In this document: one piece after another, positions 12,770 through 23,699 of the stretch
How the letters are laid out: each line of letters opens with the position of its first letter
Position numbering within the stretch: the stretch's first letter is position 1
Origin: Octopus vulgaris
Taxonomy: Eukaryota
DNA length: 64,000 bases
NCBI GenBank assembly: GCA_951406725.2
Contig: OX597818.1
Coordinates: 26,288,001 to 26,352,000 of the forward strand
Direction: 5' to 3'
Made by a program: the position numbers and the translations under genes
Notes under the pieces: model-generated
The model's input: only the letters and a program-made list of their open reading frames with translations
The model's database searches: none
What the model was told of the DNA's origin: nothing

Positions 12770-14090
12770 AAGGTTGATCTCAAGATGTTGAACCTCACAG
12801 AGGAGCCAACAAAAGACCAAGATGACTGGTGATTTGCTGTGCTTGATAAGATTCATCTGTTTTGATGAAACTGAGATTCTAAAAGCATTTTAATGTGTAT
12901 ACACTTACAGGACCCAGCTTCTATCCCCAACAAGCTTTCCTCACTTATCTCCCAAACACTACTACTCAGCTACTTTAATCATAAAGAGTAGAACATGCAT
13001 ACATCCCATCCTCCTTTGTGCTACTAGTTACCTTCCTTCTCTCTAGAACCACTTCCTTTTAAAATCGATCCCACATTTTCAATATCATCCCTTCCCACTT
13101 TATTTTCTACCAATCACCCCTGAGCCTTCATGAGATACATTTTAAGACAGCAATTATCTTATCTCTAACACCTTTTATCTGCAATCATTCTCATTATCTT
13201 GATATATCTGCTGTCAATGGCCTCACCTTTGTCTCCCATTCACTATAGCCACCCCTGCATATCTCTCACCCCACATATTACCTTTACTCTCTCTCACCCC
13301 ACATTATCTACTTAATTTCTTATCAACCTACAGATTTATTATACTGCTGCACTCCACCCCCACCGCCATATACTGACATTTATCATCCACTATATTTACC
13401 CTTACCCCCATCTCTCATCATCTGTCAATTTCCTCTTACACTTAGGAATTTACCCATCCATCCTTCCCATTCCTCCTCTGTATTCTCTCTTATACTCACC
13501 ATTTTATACCTTGTAAGTACTCTGACACCTTTTCACCACCATATTTATCTTCCTTCCACTTACTCTCACTTTTATGTAATGCTGGGAAGTGATGCTTCTC
13601 CTCCATAGCAAGACACCTGAACCTGCTCCTTATAGCCTTACAATATCTGGCATAAAGCCATCTCCCTCTCTACGACCTCCTCCTTCCTAAGCCACACTTA
13701 TTCTTTCACCTTACCCCCACCACACTGATATTTGCTATTGACCACACCTTAACCCTTGTTCCACTTATTACATTCATCTCTACACCCCTCTCTAAGAATC
13801 TACTACCCTCCTCTCTCATTCTGATGAACTTATCCATCCACTCTTCCTGATTCTTTGTCCATATTCCCTATATTTACATTCTTGTATCTTGAAAGTACGT
13901 TCCAATACCTCATCACCATCATCATTACCCTCATTCCATCTAGCCCGCATCCACCCTTATGTAATGCAGGCTAGTCATGTATCTCTTCTATAGCAAAACA
14001 CTTGTCCCTTCCCTCTTTCATACTTCAGCGTCTCAACATCAGGCATAATGCCATCTCCCTCTCTAATACAACCAAACCCGGTCAAGGATC
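12770..14090 (+). mobile_element. Older RTE-type 3' end with long pyrimidine-rich 3'UTR (related pieces at 2080-2200 -, 35800-36230, 48940-49540)
   Basis: KVDLKMLNLTEEPTKDQDDW*FAVLDK matches the RTE ORF end; followed by CT-rich DNA with a recurring TCTTCTATAGCAAGACACCTG motif. Confidence 0.55.
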
Positions 14091-14202
14091 TTTGAATTTA
14101 ACTCATTTGGGATTACCTTGATAACATTGTGTTAGCATATATTTTCGGATATATTAATTTGACTGGTATTTTGTACCTTTTTTCTATATCTAAATATACT
14201 GG

Positions 14203-15583
14203 TGTAGGGAAGGATTCGTAACAGACAAACTGTAGACAGATACTTCGCTGTGGGCTAGCTAGGAAGTTGGTCAGCAGGAGGAAAAAGGACTTCTGGCAGG
14301 AGAACAAAAACAGAAGAATGTCTGCAGCGAGCATGGAACAAATCTGAGTGAACTATACAAAAATAACTGATGACTTAATCCATGGCTAGCAACAAAACAC
14401 CACTGGGGCTACCAGGGTTCTGGTCTAAGAGGGCTGAGCTATGGTTCACGCAGGCGGAAGCTCAATTCGATATAAACAAGATAACAGCCAACCAAACAAA
14501 GTACTCACACGTGGTGGCACTAGACGAAGACACAAGTAGGGTGGTGGACATTTTAACCCATCCCCCACCAATAGAAAAATACACCATATTGAAAGATAGG
14601 ATAGTGAACACATTCCGACACAGTGAAAGAGAAGCGGCAGTCAGGATACAGGAGGAGGAATTAGGTGATTCCAAGCCTTCAGAACTGATGGACAGGATGT
14701 TGGCATTAGTCCCCTCTGGTGAGTCACCTTCCTTTTTGTTTAAAGAAATATTCCTCCACAAGCTCCCACCCCAGGTCCAGGCCCTCATAACTCAGACGTA
14801 AATCAAGGACCTGCGGCAATTAGCAAAGGCAGCTGACAGGCATTTTTATCCAGTGGTGTCCTGGTCAACACCATAGGGTTGGCCCTAAGACAGGGTAGGG
14901 TTAAGCATGATGATCTGTGCTTCTACTATGCAAAGTTTGGAAAAAGGCAACAAAATGTAAACAACTATGTAGCTTCAGGGCTCCTTCACCAGTGACTCAT
15001 GGACACTCCAGGGCCAATGGGTCCACAATCGAGACATACGGTCCTCAACAACAACACATATGCTTCCATGCCTCTTGCAACATCTGCACATGCTGCCCCC
15101 TGCAGAGCAACCATCATGCAGACCAAGAACGAATTTTTGGATCTTCTTGTTAGTTGCCCCAATCTCACCAGTCCGACATTCTCCAAACCTACAGCCCGCC
15201 ACGGGATGACACACCACATCTCCACCACCGCCCCCCCCCCCCAGTGCACAACCACATATGTCATCTATCACCAGACAAACTTGCAATCGCAAAGGCCGAG
15301 TTCAACAATATGGAGGCATTGGGTATAGTTCACCAATCAAGCAGTCTCTGGTCATCACTCCTGCATGTGGCCTCTAAATCCAATGGAGGGTATCAACCCT
15401 GCGGAGATTACCACCATCTCAATGCAGATACGACACCTGACCACTACCCCATTCCAAATATACAAGATTTTTCAGCCCAGCTAGCCAGGTGCTCAGTTTT
15501 CTCCATGGTTGACTTCATCCAGGGATACCACCAAATACCAGTACAAGATGATGATGTACCAAAAACCACTGTGATCACCCCAG
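14203..15583 (+). mobile_element. Ty3/Gypsy LTR retrotransposon relic (short putative 5' LTR, gag, internally deleted pol, truncated in RT)
   Basis: Gag LPGFW..RAELWFTQAEAQF...ELGDSKPSELMDRM (14382-14801); RT AKAEFNNMEALGIV..SSS.WSS.LH...CGDY..LNA.T.PD.YPIPNIQDF...FS.VDF..GYHQIPV...DVPKTTVITP. TG...CA block at 14203-14359 with a PBS-like CTGATGAC; no protease visible. Confidence 0.9.
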
Positions 15584-15744
15584 TAGTTGTATACTGTCAA
15601 CTTAATGTGACAGTCTTATGAAGGGAATCACACCACTGCTATTTAGCCCTAGGAAGCAGCAACGCTTCCTGTCAGCCTTAACACATTTCCTGTGTCCTTA
15701 TGTTTACAGTAGGGAGATAAGCACCTCCACCCAGCTAAGCCTGC

Positions 15745-15790
15745 ACCCAAAGACTAGTTTCTGAGTCTTTGCTCATCATCAGTCTGGAGT
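15745..15790 (-). ncRNA. Minimal type-I hammerhead ribozyme, core intact, in a ~250-bp repeat (15584-15835)
   Basis: Minus strand: ACTCCAGA-CTGATGA-TGAG caaaga CTCA-GAAA-CTAG-TC^-TTTGGGT. Stem I CCAGA/TTTGG, stem II TGAG/CTCA, palindromic CTAG stem III, GUC cleavage triplet (cut 15752/15751). Confidence 0.75.
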
Positions 15791-16228
15791 AGCATGGCCT
15801 GCTAGTTGGAAATGTCCATCTAGCCCCTGTAAATATATAAGAATTCTAGTGAAATAAATCTACTGATTACAAAAATAGAAATATTACATTTCTAAATATC
15901 TCAGAGAGATATAAGCAGAGTACGATAGAGTAGCAATTACAGAAAGATAGGGGGGATACAAAATAAAACGTGGAGCCTCTCGTTCCTCTGTCTCCCCGCA
16001 AAAATGATTCATAAAACACAAATAGATAACTAGAGGGAAAAGACAAAAAAGCTGTCCAAGGAAAAGGTTTAAAGTCTGATAAACTAATAGTAATTTTTTT
16101 TTTTCACTGTTAAAATAAGGTAGTTTGATCCTGTTAAGAATTACAGCACAATGTTTGTTTTGATTCTGTGAACCGGATTTAATGAGTGTGGATAAGACAG
16201 TGAAAGAGATCTAGCAATGAGTATTGGT

Positions 16229-17660
16229 GTGAAATTATCGAATTTGGCGATCTTTCGATTAAAATAGGAAGTCTATCAAAATTTCCAGTTATTTGTTCGG
16301 CAATTTCCGTAAAGAATATTTATTTACTTTTGTTTTCATGTCCAGTTAAAGCCGACATTTGCTTTGAAGTCTGTAAGGGAGGTGAAAAAGTGAAACACGC
16401 TCCCCCCCACACACCAATTATCTTTCATATACAATATACACACCGCTCGGTTCAAAGTCTCTCTTGACCAGAAATGGCCTGAACTCTTTGTATGACCACC
16501 CTCCCTGTACATAACTCCCTGTCACCCTTCATGGCCTTGCTTTTGCTTTTTGAGCCAATAAAAATTGAATTAAAAATTAAATTAAAATAAATATGGCGGA
16601 GGTAAAAAAAGATGTTTTTTTTAAATTTTTTTTTTTTACAGGAACACACTATATCGAGGACGGAGATTCCGAATCTGCAAAAAAAAAATCTGCATTTCAG
16701 AATTTAAATACCGCCCCCACCCCACCCCGCATAAATTTCTTAAACTTTCACTTTTAAAAAAAATTGGGGCGAAATACGTAGAAAAATACAGAGATTATGA
16801 TTCTGAAAAAAAAATTCTGTAAAATTTTAATTTTTCAAAAAAAAAAAAATTAAAATAAACACCCCTCTCCTTCATCCTATGACAAGAAATGAAATTAAAG
16901 TGTTTTCTCTACTGTTTCATGACGAACATAACCCAACATGTTGTGGTTGAGGGTCTTTTGGAATTAAGAGAGGCATGAAAAAATTAGATTTTTTGCACAC
17001 ATAAACACAACAAAATGACGTTTAAACAATTTTTTTTTCTCTTTTGGTAATTCGTATTTAGAAAGTTGATCCTCGGTTTGGCTGTTGTTTCTAGCTTGTC
17101 AAATTTCCGGTTGGGGCGGATTTAAATTTTGAAATGCAGATTTCTTTTTGCAGATTCGGAATCTCCGCCCTCGATATAGTGTGTTCGTGTAAAAATAAAC
17201 CCCCCAAAAAAAATCCCAAAGAAGGTGCGGTCCATGATCTTTAACCTCCGCCCATAAATACATACAAGATCTATGTATATGTATTTATGTGTGCGCGAGT
17301 GTTTCACTATTCAACTCATGGACATGAAAGTCAATGGGTGTGTGAATACAAATCTGAACGCGCTCGCACACATTATCTTTCATATACACGTACATACTTT
17401 GCATACATACAAAAGATGTATATATATATGTGTGTGTGTGTATTTATGTGTGTACGTGAATATCAAAGATAATGGGTGTGTGTGAGTGAATGTGTGCGCG
17501 TGTTTCACTTTTCACCTCCCTCACCAACTTCAAAGGCAAATGTCGGCTTCAACCGGACATGAAAACAAAAATAAATAAATATTCTTTACGGAAATTGCCG
17601 AACAAGTCAACTGGGAATTTTGATAAACTTGCTACTTTAATCGAAAAGATCGCCTCGAGC
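16229..17660. repeat. Outer inverted repeat (16229-16400 vs 17498-17660) enclosing the MITE
   Basis: GGCGATCTTTCGATTAAA...TTCGGCAATTTCCGTAAAGAATATTTATTTA...GGGAGGTGAAAAAGTGAAACACGC has its reverse complement at 17498-17655. Confidence 0.85.
16593..17255. mobile_element. Non-autonomous DNA transposon (MITE) with ~125-140 bp terminal inverted repeats
   Basis: GGCGGAGGT...GAACACACTATATCGAGGACGGAGATTCCGAATCTGCAAA...CCGCCCC (16594-16718) is mirrored at 17113-17253. Confidence 0.75.
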
Positions 17661-18255
17661 TTTAACATAAAACTCAGAACTTTAATTGCATTAACAGTTA
17701 CTGTTATTTTCATTAAGCATCGGGTTGACTCTTAACGAGAAGACGCATGACAGATGTTTCATCCGTGACCATCACTTTTTTTTAAAATATTTTTACTATA
17801 GTATAGTTTAAGGAAGATTTAGCTGCTATTTCGAGCAGGTCAAAGGACCACGTAAAGGCTGGCGTTAATCCTTACTTTTAAACTTTGCTCTCTTGAACCC
17901 GGAATTACTGAACTTCTGTTAATTTACAATTCAGGTATTTAATTACAGCAACGTCCGGTTTTCAATTATTCAATGTCAACACACGATAAAACTTATCTGT
18001 GGTACAATACTAGTTGTATTTCTCTTTCACCATACATAAGGACAAAACGAAAATTTGTGGCCCTTCACACTTGCACTCTGTTCTGTCTGTTCCACTTATG
18101 CATATAGGCATGTGAGTATGGTTAAGAAGCTTGCTTCATGACTATGTAATTTCTTTATCAGTCCCACTGCATTATATCTTGAGTAAGTGCTACAGTCATG
18201 GACTAACCAAGTGGATTTGATAGAAACTGTATAAAGCCAATCACACACACACACA

Positions 18256-18788
18256 TCTATATATATATAAAACTGTAGTTGTGTGAGTGTCTGTCCCCTT
18301 CGATTTAGATTCCTAACTACTCCCACATTTTGCGGTGCAGTTTAACCAAATTCGGGTATCTTATAGTCGTAATTCATATCGAGCCCGTCTGGCTATTAGC
18401 GCGCATCTACGATGAGTCTACGATTTTTAAAATAATTTAACATCATTTTTTATTCCATTTTAATGCATAATTTTTCGTGTGTCGATGGCGGCGGAGTTGG
18501 CGTCCACGGTCACACCTGCACCTGTTTGCTTCTCCCCCTTCTTACCTCCCTCGTGAAGCTGTGGGGAAGGGAGTGTAAGGAAATCAACGTCGTAAAGCGT
18601 TGTCAAGGAGACCAGTGTTCTTTTAGAACAAAGACACTGAGTCAACGATTTAAAAAAAAAAATTATCATCATTTTTTATCATCATTTTTTATTCCATTTT
18701 TAATGCATTTTTTTTGCTATAACTCTCTAAAAATGCTTATATAGTTATTTCCCTTACAAACCCGAACAACGCCGGGCGATACTGCTAG
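18256..18788 (+). mobile_element. Non-autonomous Helitron
   Basis: A|TC 5' end, subterminal hairpin CCCG-aacaacgc-CGGG (18761-18776), CTAG|T 3' end, no TSD; CpG-rich, so probably young. Confidence 0.85.
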
Positions 18789-18809
18789 TTATATATAAAT
18801 ATAAATCTT

Positions 18810-19305
18810 CTGGATTCAAAAGAATCGGGTATTTAAATAGTAAAAGCACCAAGGTAGAGTCGGGGATAGTGCACCTGTGTACCAACAATGTATACTAACG
18901 TATACGTACTTATTTAAGTAAAAACAGATTTACCCTTCCAGTTATGCATACTTCACAAGTAACTAACTGAATACACGTGTCATCAAAGTCATACAGGGGT
19001 GCACATTCAACTTCGACTATAGACATCAGATCCAAACGTATGGAAGGTTCCGAGTTAGGTGGAGAATAAATAATAACACAAATGGGTGCAGTTCACTACA
19101 GCTGTTTCAGACGTGCTCTTTATTGATGAACCAAAATTATTCAACCTGGCACTATATCCTGTTTTGTAAGAGGTTTTTATTGTTAATTCATACATGTATT
19201 CACCTGATGAAAACAGTGGGGGGGGGGGTTGCATTATGTAACACTTGTTTATCATTAAAGAATACATCTGAAACAGCTGTAGTGAACTTGCAACCCATCT
19301 GTGTT
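18810..19305. mobile_element. Hammerhead-bearing repeat with ~60-bp internal inverted arms (19075-19135 / 19245-19305)
   Basis: Arms CAAATGGGTGCAGTTCACTACAGCTGTTTCAGA.../...TCTGAAACAGCTGTAGTGAACTTGCAACCCATCTGTG; homologous to 5688-6210. Confidence 0.65.
19199..19286 (+). ncRNA. Type-I hammerhead ribozyme motif, core intact, large poorly closed stem II
   Basis: TTCAC-CTGATGA-(59 nt)-GAAAC-AGCT-GTA^-GTGAA; stem I TTCAC/GTGAA, palindromic ACAGCTGT stem III. Confidence 0.6.
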
Positions 19306-19815
19306 GTACATGAACATGAACGTCGAAATAAATATCAATGGAAATAGTAGTTATGATGCCTGTGCCGGTGGCACATAAAAAGCACTATCTGATCGTGGCC
19401 GATGCCAGCGCCGCCCCGACTGGCTTCTGTGCCGGTGGCACATAAAAAGCACCATCCGAACGTGGCCGATGCCAGCGCCGCCCCGACTGGCCCCTGTGCC
19501 GGTGGCACATAAAAAAAAAGACCATCCGAACGTTGCCAGCGCCGCCTTGGCTGGCTTCCGTGCCGCTGGCACGTTAAAAGCTACAACCAATCGTGACCGA
19601 TGCCAGACCCCCCTCCCCTGGCACCTGTGCAGGTGGCACGTAAAAAGCACCCACTACACTCGCGGAGTGGTTGGCGTTAGGAAGGGCATCCAGCCGTAGA
19701 AACTCTGCCAGATCAGACTGGAGCCTGGAGCAGCCCCTGGCTTCCCAGACCCCGGTCGAACCGTCCAACCCGTGCTAGCGCGGAAAATGGACGTTAAACG
19801 ATGATGATGATGATA
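19306..19815 (+). mobile_element. RTE 3'-UTR copy containing five ~67-bp tandem units
   Basis: GTGCCGGTGGCAC.TAAAAAGCAC units start at 19362, 19429, 19496, 19560, 19627; ends GACGTTAAACGATGATGATG then (TA)n. Confidence 0.85.
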
Positions 19816-20084
19816 TATATTTATTTGTATCGTTTGTAGAAATACATAAATACGTGGGAGAGGCACACTCTAAGATGTAGAGCAGTTGAATCCGCAAGGC
19901 GACACTACAGCCAGGGGCCAATAGCCAAGGCCAAATGGAGACAATTGTTTACCTTAGTGGTTCTTGGGTGGCAGTGTAGCCAAAGCTTGATGACCGATAG
20001 CAAAGGGAGATAATCACCTAGTGTTTACTTTTATAGAGGCATTTCCATCTCCATATTTTGAAGGGGTCTTAGGCCAGTAGTGTT

Positions 20085-20147
20085 TGGGGTCTGAAGATAC
20101 GCAGTAAGGCTAAACCCCTTATGAGCAAGAAACCCAGAGCAACCCCA
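20085..20147 (+). ncRNA. Degenerate type-I hammerhead motif in a ~340-bp element (about 19826-20166)
   Basis: TGGGGT-CTGAAGA-(stem II TAAGG/CCTTA)-GAAAC-ccaga-GCA-ACCCCA; U16.1 replaced by C. Confidence 0.55.
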
Positions 20148-20166
20148 TAAACCGGCCCCCATTACA

Positions 20167-20203
<37 letters not shown>

Positions 20204-20319
20204 CGTGTATATATATATAAATGTGAGTGCATGTGATTAGCCCAGAAAAATTGGAAACTGTATAGTCAAGAAAAAAGAATTTGATTTTTGAAATCTGCAT
20301 CCTAAAGGAAAGGCTGTCC

Positions 20320-20590
20320 ATCATCATCATCATTTAACGTTCACTTTCCATGCTAGCATGGGTTGGACGATTTGACTCAGGACTGGCGAACCAGATGGCT
20401 ACATCAGGCTCCAATCTGATCTGGCATAGTTTCTACAGCTGGATGCCCTTCCTAATGCCAACTACTCCGAGAGTGTAGTGGGTGCTTTTACATGCCACCG
20501 GCACGAGGGCCAGTCTGGCAGTACTGGCAACAGCCACGCTCGAAATGGTGTTTTTTACGTGCCACCTGCACAGGAGTCAGTCCAGCTGGC
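20320..20590 (-). mobile_element. RTE 3'-UTR copy, inverted relative to 19306-19815
   Basis: (CAT)n-TTAACGTTCACTTTCCATGCTAGCATGGG...GGATGCCCTTCCTAATGCCAAC. Confidence 0.85.
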
Positions 20591-21417
20591 TGTCCATAAA
20601 TAATATAATTTTCTATGAGAACTTAACTTATAGATTGGCACAATCTTTCACCACCAGTGTATCTATATATATTTACCAAATTCTTTGACACTTGCTCTCT
20701 TTGTATACATAATCTCTAATGTTTATTTTCATTTTATAACAACTATTTTTTTTTGATTGTATGAAATTGATCAAACTTTAAACCTCTGTAACATCCTTCT
20801 GGAATAAATGAATCACAAACTTGGACTCACCATGAAAAGTACATCAATATACCAAATTTGAGGATTTTCACGTAATTTAACAATTTCAAAATCTGTGACA
20901 ACAGAAAAGATCCTTCTCTTTTCTCTCTCCCTTTCATTTTTCACTTTTCTCACGATAAATTTTCCCTTTCTACACACATTTTTACAATACTCTTGCTCAC
21001 TCTCTATAAAAGTATATCGCTCGTGCTGAGTTTCTGTGCATGTGTTTGTCAGCATGTATGCATACATGTGTAAAGAATGTCATTAGGGTGATGGAGTGAC
21101 TTAAAATGGTATGTAAATGATAATTTATTTTAATAGCATACTTTTCAGTAAGTAAACAGGTTTCTTTCTTACACACACACACACATGGACTCGCTTGTTG
21201 CAAGAAGGGATTAAAAATTTAAAATGCAATTTCTTTCTTTTTGTTCCTTATATACGAGCAATGGACTACCATATCATCATTCTAGAAAATATCTATGGGA
21301 AGAAAAAATATTAATACATGTCAGAGTGACAAAGAAACAAGTAAGGTAGCAAGTGGTTGTAGGATGTGCAAGAAACACCAGCTAAATCACATACCTCTCT
21401 GCATGAAAGTTATTTTA

Positions 21418-21725
21418 AAATAATAATAATAAAAACATTGTGTACAGTGCTCAGGTGCACTACAACTCATCTAAAGTGTATGTATAATCAGGTGTAGTTT
21501 CGGCGGATTTCAGAAAGCATGAGGGCCTTAAAGGATGCAGTGTCATGGCAGTCAACAACTGACACAGGCAGTTTGTTCCATGCTTCAGCAACTCTGAGCG
21601 TGAAAAAATGTTTCCGAAAGTCATGGGAGCTGTGTTGTTTTCTGACTTTGTAGGCATGTCCACGTGTGTTAGACACATGAAGATCAAAAAGGTGTTCAGT
21701 GTTGTAATTTTGAAATTATAAACAG
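21418..21725 (-). mobile_element. CR1-like LINE 3' end
   Basis: NTRGHAYKVRKQHSSHDFRKHFFTLRVAEAWNKLPVSVV...FK is the canonical CR1 ORF2 C-terminus (TRGH..K...R..FF..RV...WN.LP); (TTA)n tail. Confidence 0.88.
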
Positions 21726-22425
21726 AAACAAATTGCAAATTGAGACTGTCTGATTTTAAAACTATGATAAAAATATTTTTTTAAAAAGCCAAAATTTTAG
21801 GATTTATGGCAGGGCAGGGTTAATGAAAAAATTTTAAAAAAGACTTCACTATTGTTTCCAAATTTCATTTCATTTTCTGTTTAAATATAAAGGAAGTGGG
21901 AACTGTGATGATGATCACCATTTTATTTCTCTTTTTAAGCCTTCAAGACTTCTCCCATCGTTATTAAGTATGTAGTTCAAAAAGAAAAAAAATCTGAGTT
22001 AGGGAGAGGGATTTGAACAATTTGTAATTTTTCAAGAAAGACTATTTTTTTCTACCAAAAAAACACCTTCCATTGTTTGTAAGTGCACAGTGCAAAGAAA
22101 ATATTGAACAAAATTAGTCTGGAAGGGGTGAGGAGGAGAACCATAAATTTTCCAAAAATATTTTTGCATAAAAGTTTTCCCCCATCCTTTGCAGTGGAAA
22201 AAAAATTTGTAAAGTCCATGTCAAAATGGAGAGTCATTCCAAAAGTCTACCAAGCCATTCTATTGTGAAAATTACCTGGCAAGGACAAAATATTCAACTA
22301 ATATATATATATATATGTATGTATGTATTAATAATAATATGACAACAAAAGAATGAAAGAGGCCGCGATATTATGTAAATAGAGGAATTTATCTGTAAAT
22401 ATATGTCATAATTAGTTGGTTGTCA

Positions 22426-22488
22426 TAATAAAACACAGAGTTTCGGATGCTGGGGCTGAAGTCTGCTCCAGCATTTCATCAATTATTA
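22426..22488 (-). ncRNA. Type-I hammerhead motif (C3->U) within an inverted-repeat element (arms 22400-22455 / 22533-22588)
   Basis: Minus: TAATAA-TTGATGA-aATGCTGG...CCAGCATcc-GAAAC-tctgt-GTT^-TTATTA. The mirrored arm reads GAAACTCTGAGTTTTATTA. Confidence 0.6.
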
Positions 22489-22597
22489 AGAGAAACAAAA
22501 ACACTATGAATAAAACCGTTGAATAAAGGGAACCCCAGCATCCGAAACTCTGAGTTTTATTATGACAACCAACTAATAGTCACATATATATATATAT

Positions 22598-23267
22598 ATC
22601 ATCATCATCGTTTAACGTCCGTTCTCCATGCTAGCATGGGTTGGACGGTTCGACCGGGGATCTGGGAAGCCAGAAGGCTGCACCAGGCTCCAGTCTTATC
22701 TGACAATGTTTCTACAGCTGGATGCCTTTCCTAACGCCAACCACTCCGTGAGTGTAGTGGGCGCTTTTTACGTGCCACCCGCACAGGTGCCAGGCGAGGC
22801 TGGCAACCGCCACGGTCGGATTGGTGCAATTTGTGCCACCAGCACGGAAGCCAGTCGAGGTGGCGCTGGCATCGGCCACGAGTCGGATAGTGCTTTTTAC
22901 GTACCACCAGTCCAGGGGTCCAGGCATCTGCCGGGTGCCAGTCATAGGATTGGTTCAATTCGATTTCACTTGCCCCAACATGTCTTCGCAAGCAAAGGGG
23001 GTTGGCATGGGTGCCTGTCGTCGGATGAGGTTCTATATCGACTTCGCTTGCCTCAACAGGTCTTGGTGTCCAAGGGAGGAAAGGCATGCATAAGTGGGCT
23101 GGGCTCACTTGTCCTGCCTGGTCTTCTCACGTACAGCATATTTCCAAAGGTCTCGGTCGCTGGTCATTTCCTCAGTGAGGCCTAAAGTTCGAAGGTCGTG
23201 CTTCACCACCTCGTCCCAGGTTTTCCTGGGTCTACCTCTTCCACGGGTTCCCTCAACTGCTAGGGTT
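22598..23267 (-). mobile_element. Young 5'-truncated RTE LINE inserted in a (TA)n tract
   Basis: LAVEGTRGRGRPRKTWDEVVKHDLRTLGLTEEMTSDRDLWKYAVREKT* plus 3'UTR and (GAT)n; (TA)n on both flanks; CpG retained. Confidence 0.92.
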
Positions 23268-23289
23268 ATATATATATATATATATATAT

Positions 23290-23610
23290 TTGAGTGATAA
23301 CAAGTGACTGAGACTGCTGGTGATTTGCTGTGCTTGAGAAGACATGTCAAATTTAGTAAAATTTATGTTGTGGGCAGTGCCAGTGACACATAAAAGACAC
23401 CTGTGCCAGTGATGTGTAAAAGGCACCTGTGTCACCGACACGTAAAAGGCATGCAGTACACTCTGTGGAGTGGTTGGCATTAGGAAAGGCATCTAGCCAT
23501 AGAAACCATGCCAAAACAGACTGGAACCTAGTACAGCTCTCTGGCTTACCAGTTCCAGTCAAACCCATACCAGCATGGAAAACGGATGCTAAATGATGAT
23601 GATATATATG
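23290..23610 (+). mobile_element. Older RTE 3' end, head-to-head with the previous copy
   Basis: ...GACTGCTGGTGATTTGCTGTGCTTGAGAAGAC (ORF end), GGTTGGCATTAGGAAAGGCATC, (GAT)n(TA)n tail. Confidence 0.8.
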
Positions 23611-23699
23611 GTCATGCAGACAGCAGAGAAGGAGGAAAAGAATGAAAAGCACTTTTATGAAATGACTAACTAAGGAAGTCCAATTTTTTACTGAAAGCT

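Noticed and set aside
19362-19650. CRISPR-like repeat array with palindromic units
   Set aside because: Intervening sequences are near-identical (true tandem repeat), it lies in a LINE 3'UTR, the context is eukaryotic and there are no cas genes.
22628-23185. 185-aa ORF, and similar ORFs at 3393, 19351 and 32018
   Set aside because: Antisense or UTR frames of the GC-rich RTE 3' end.
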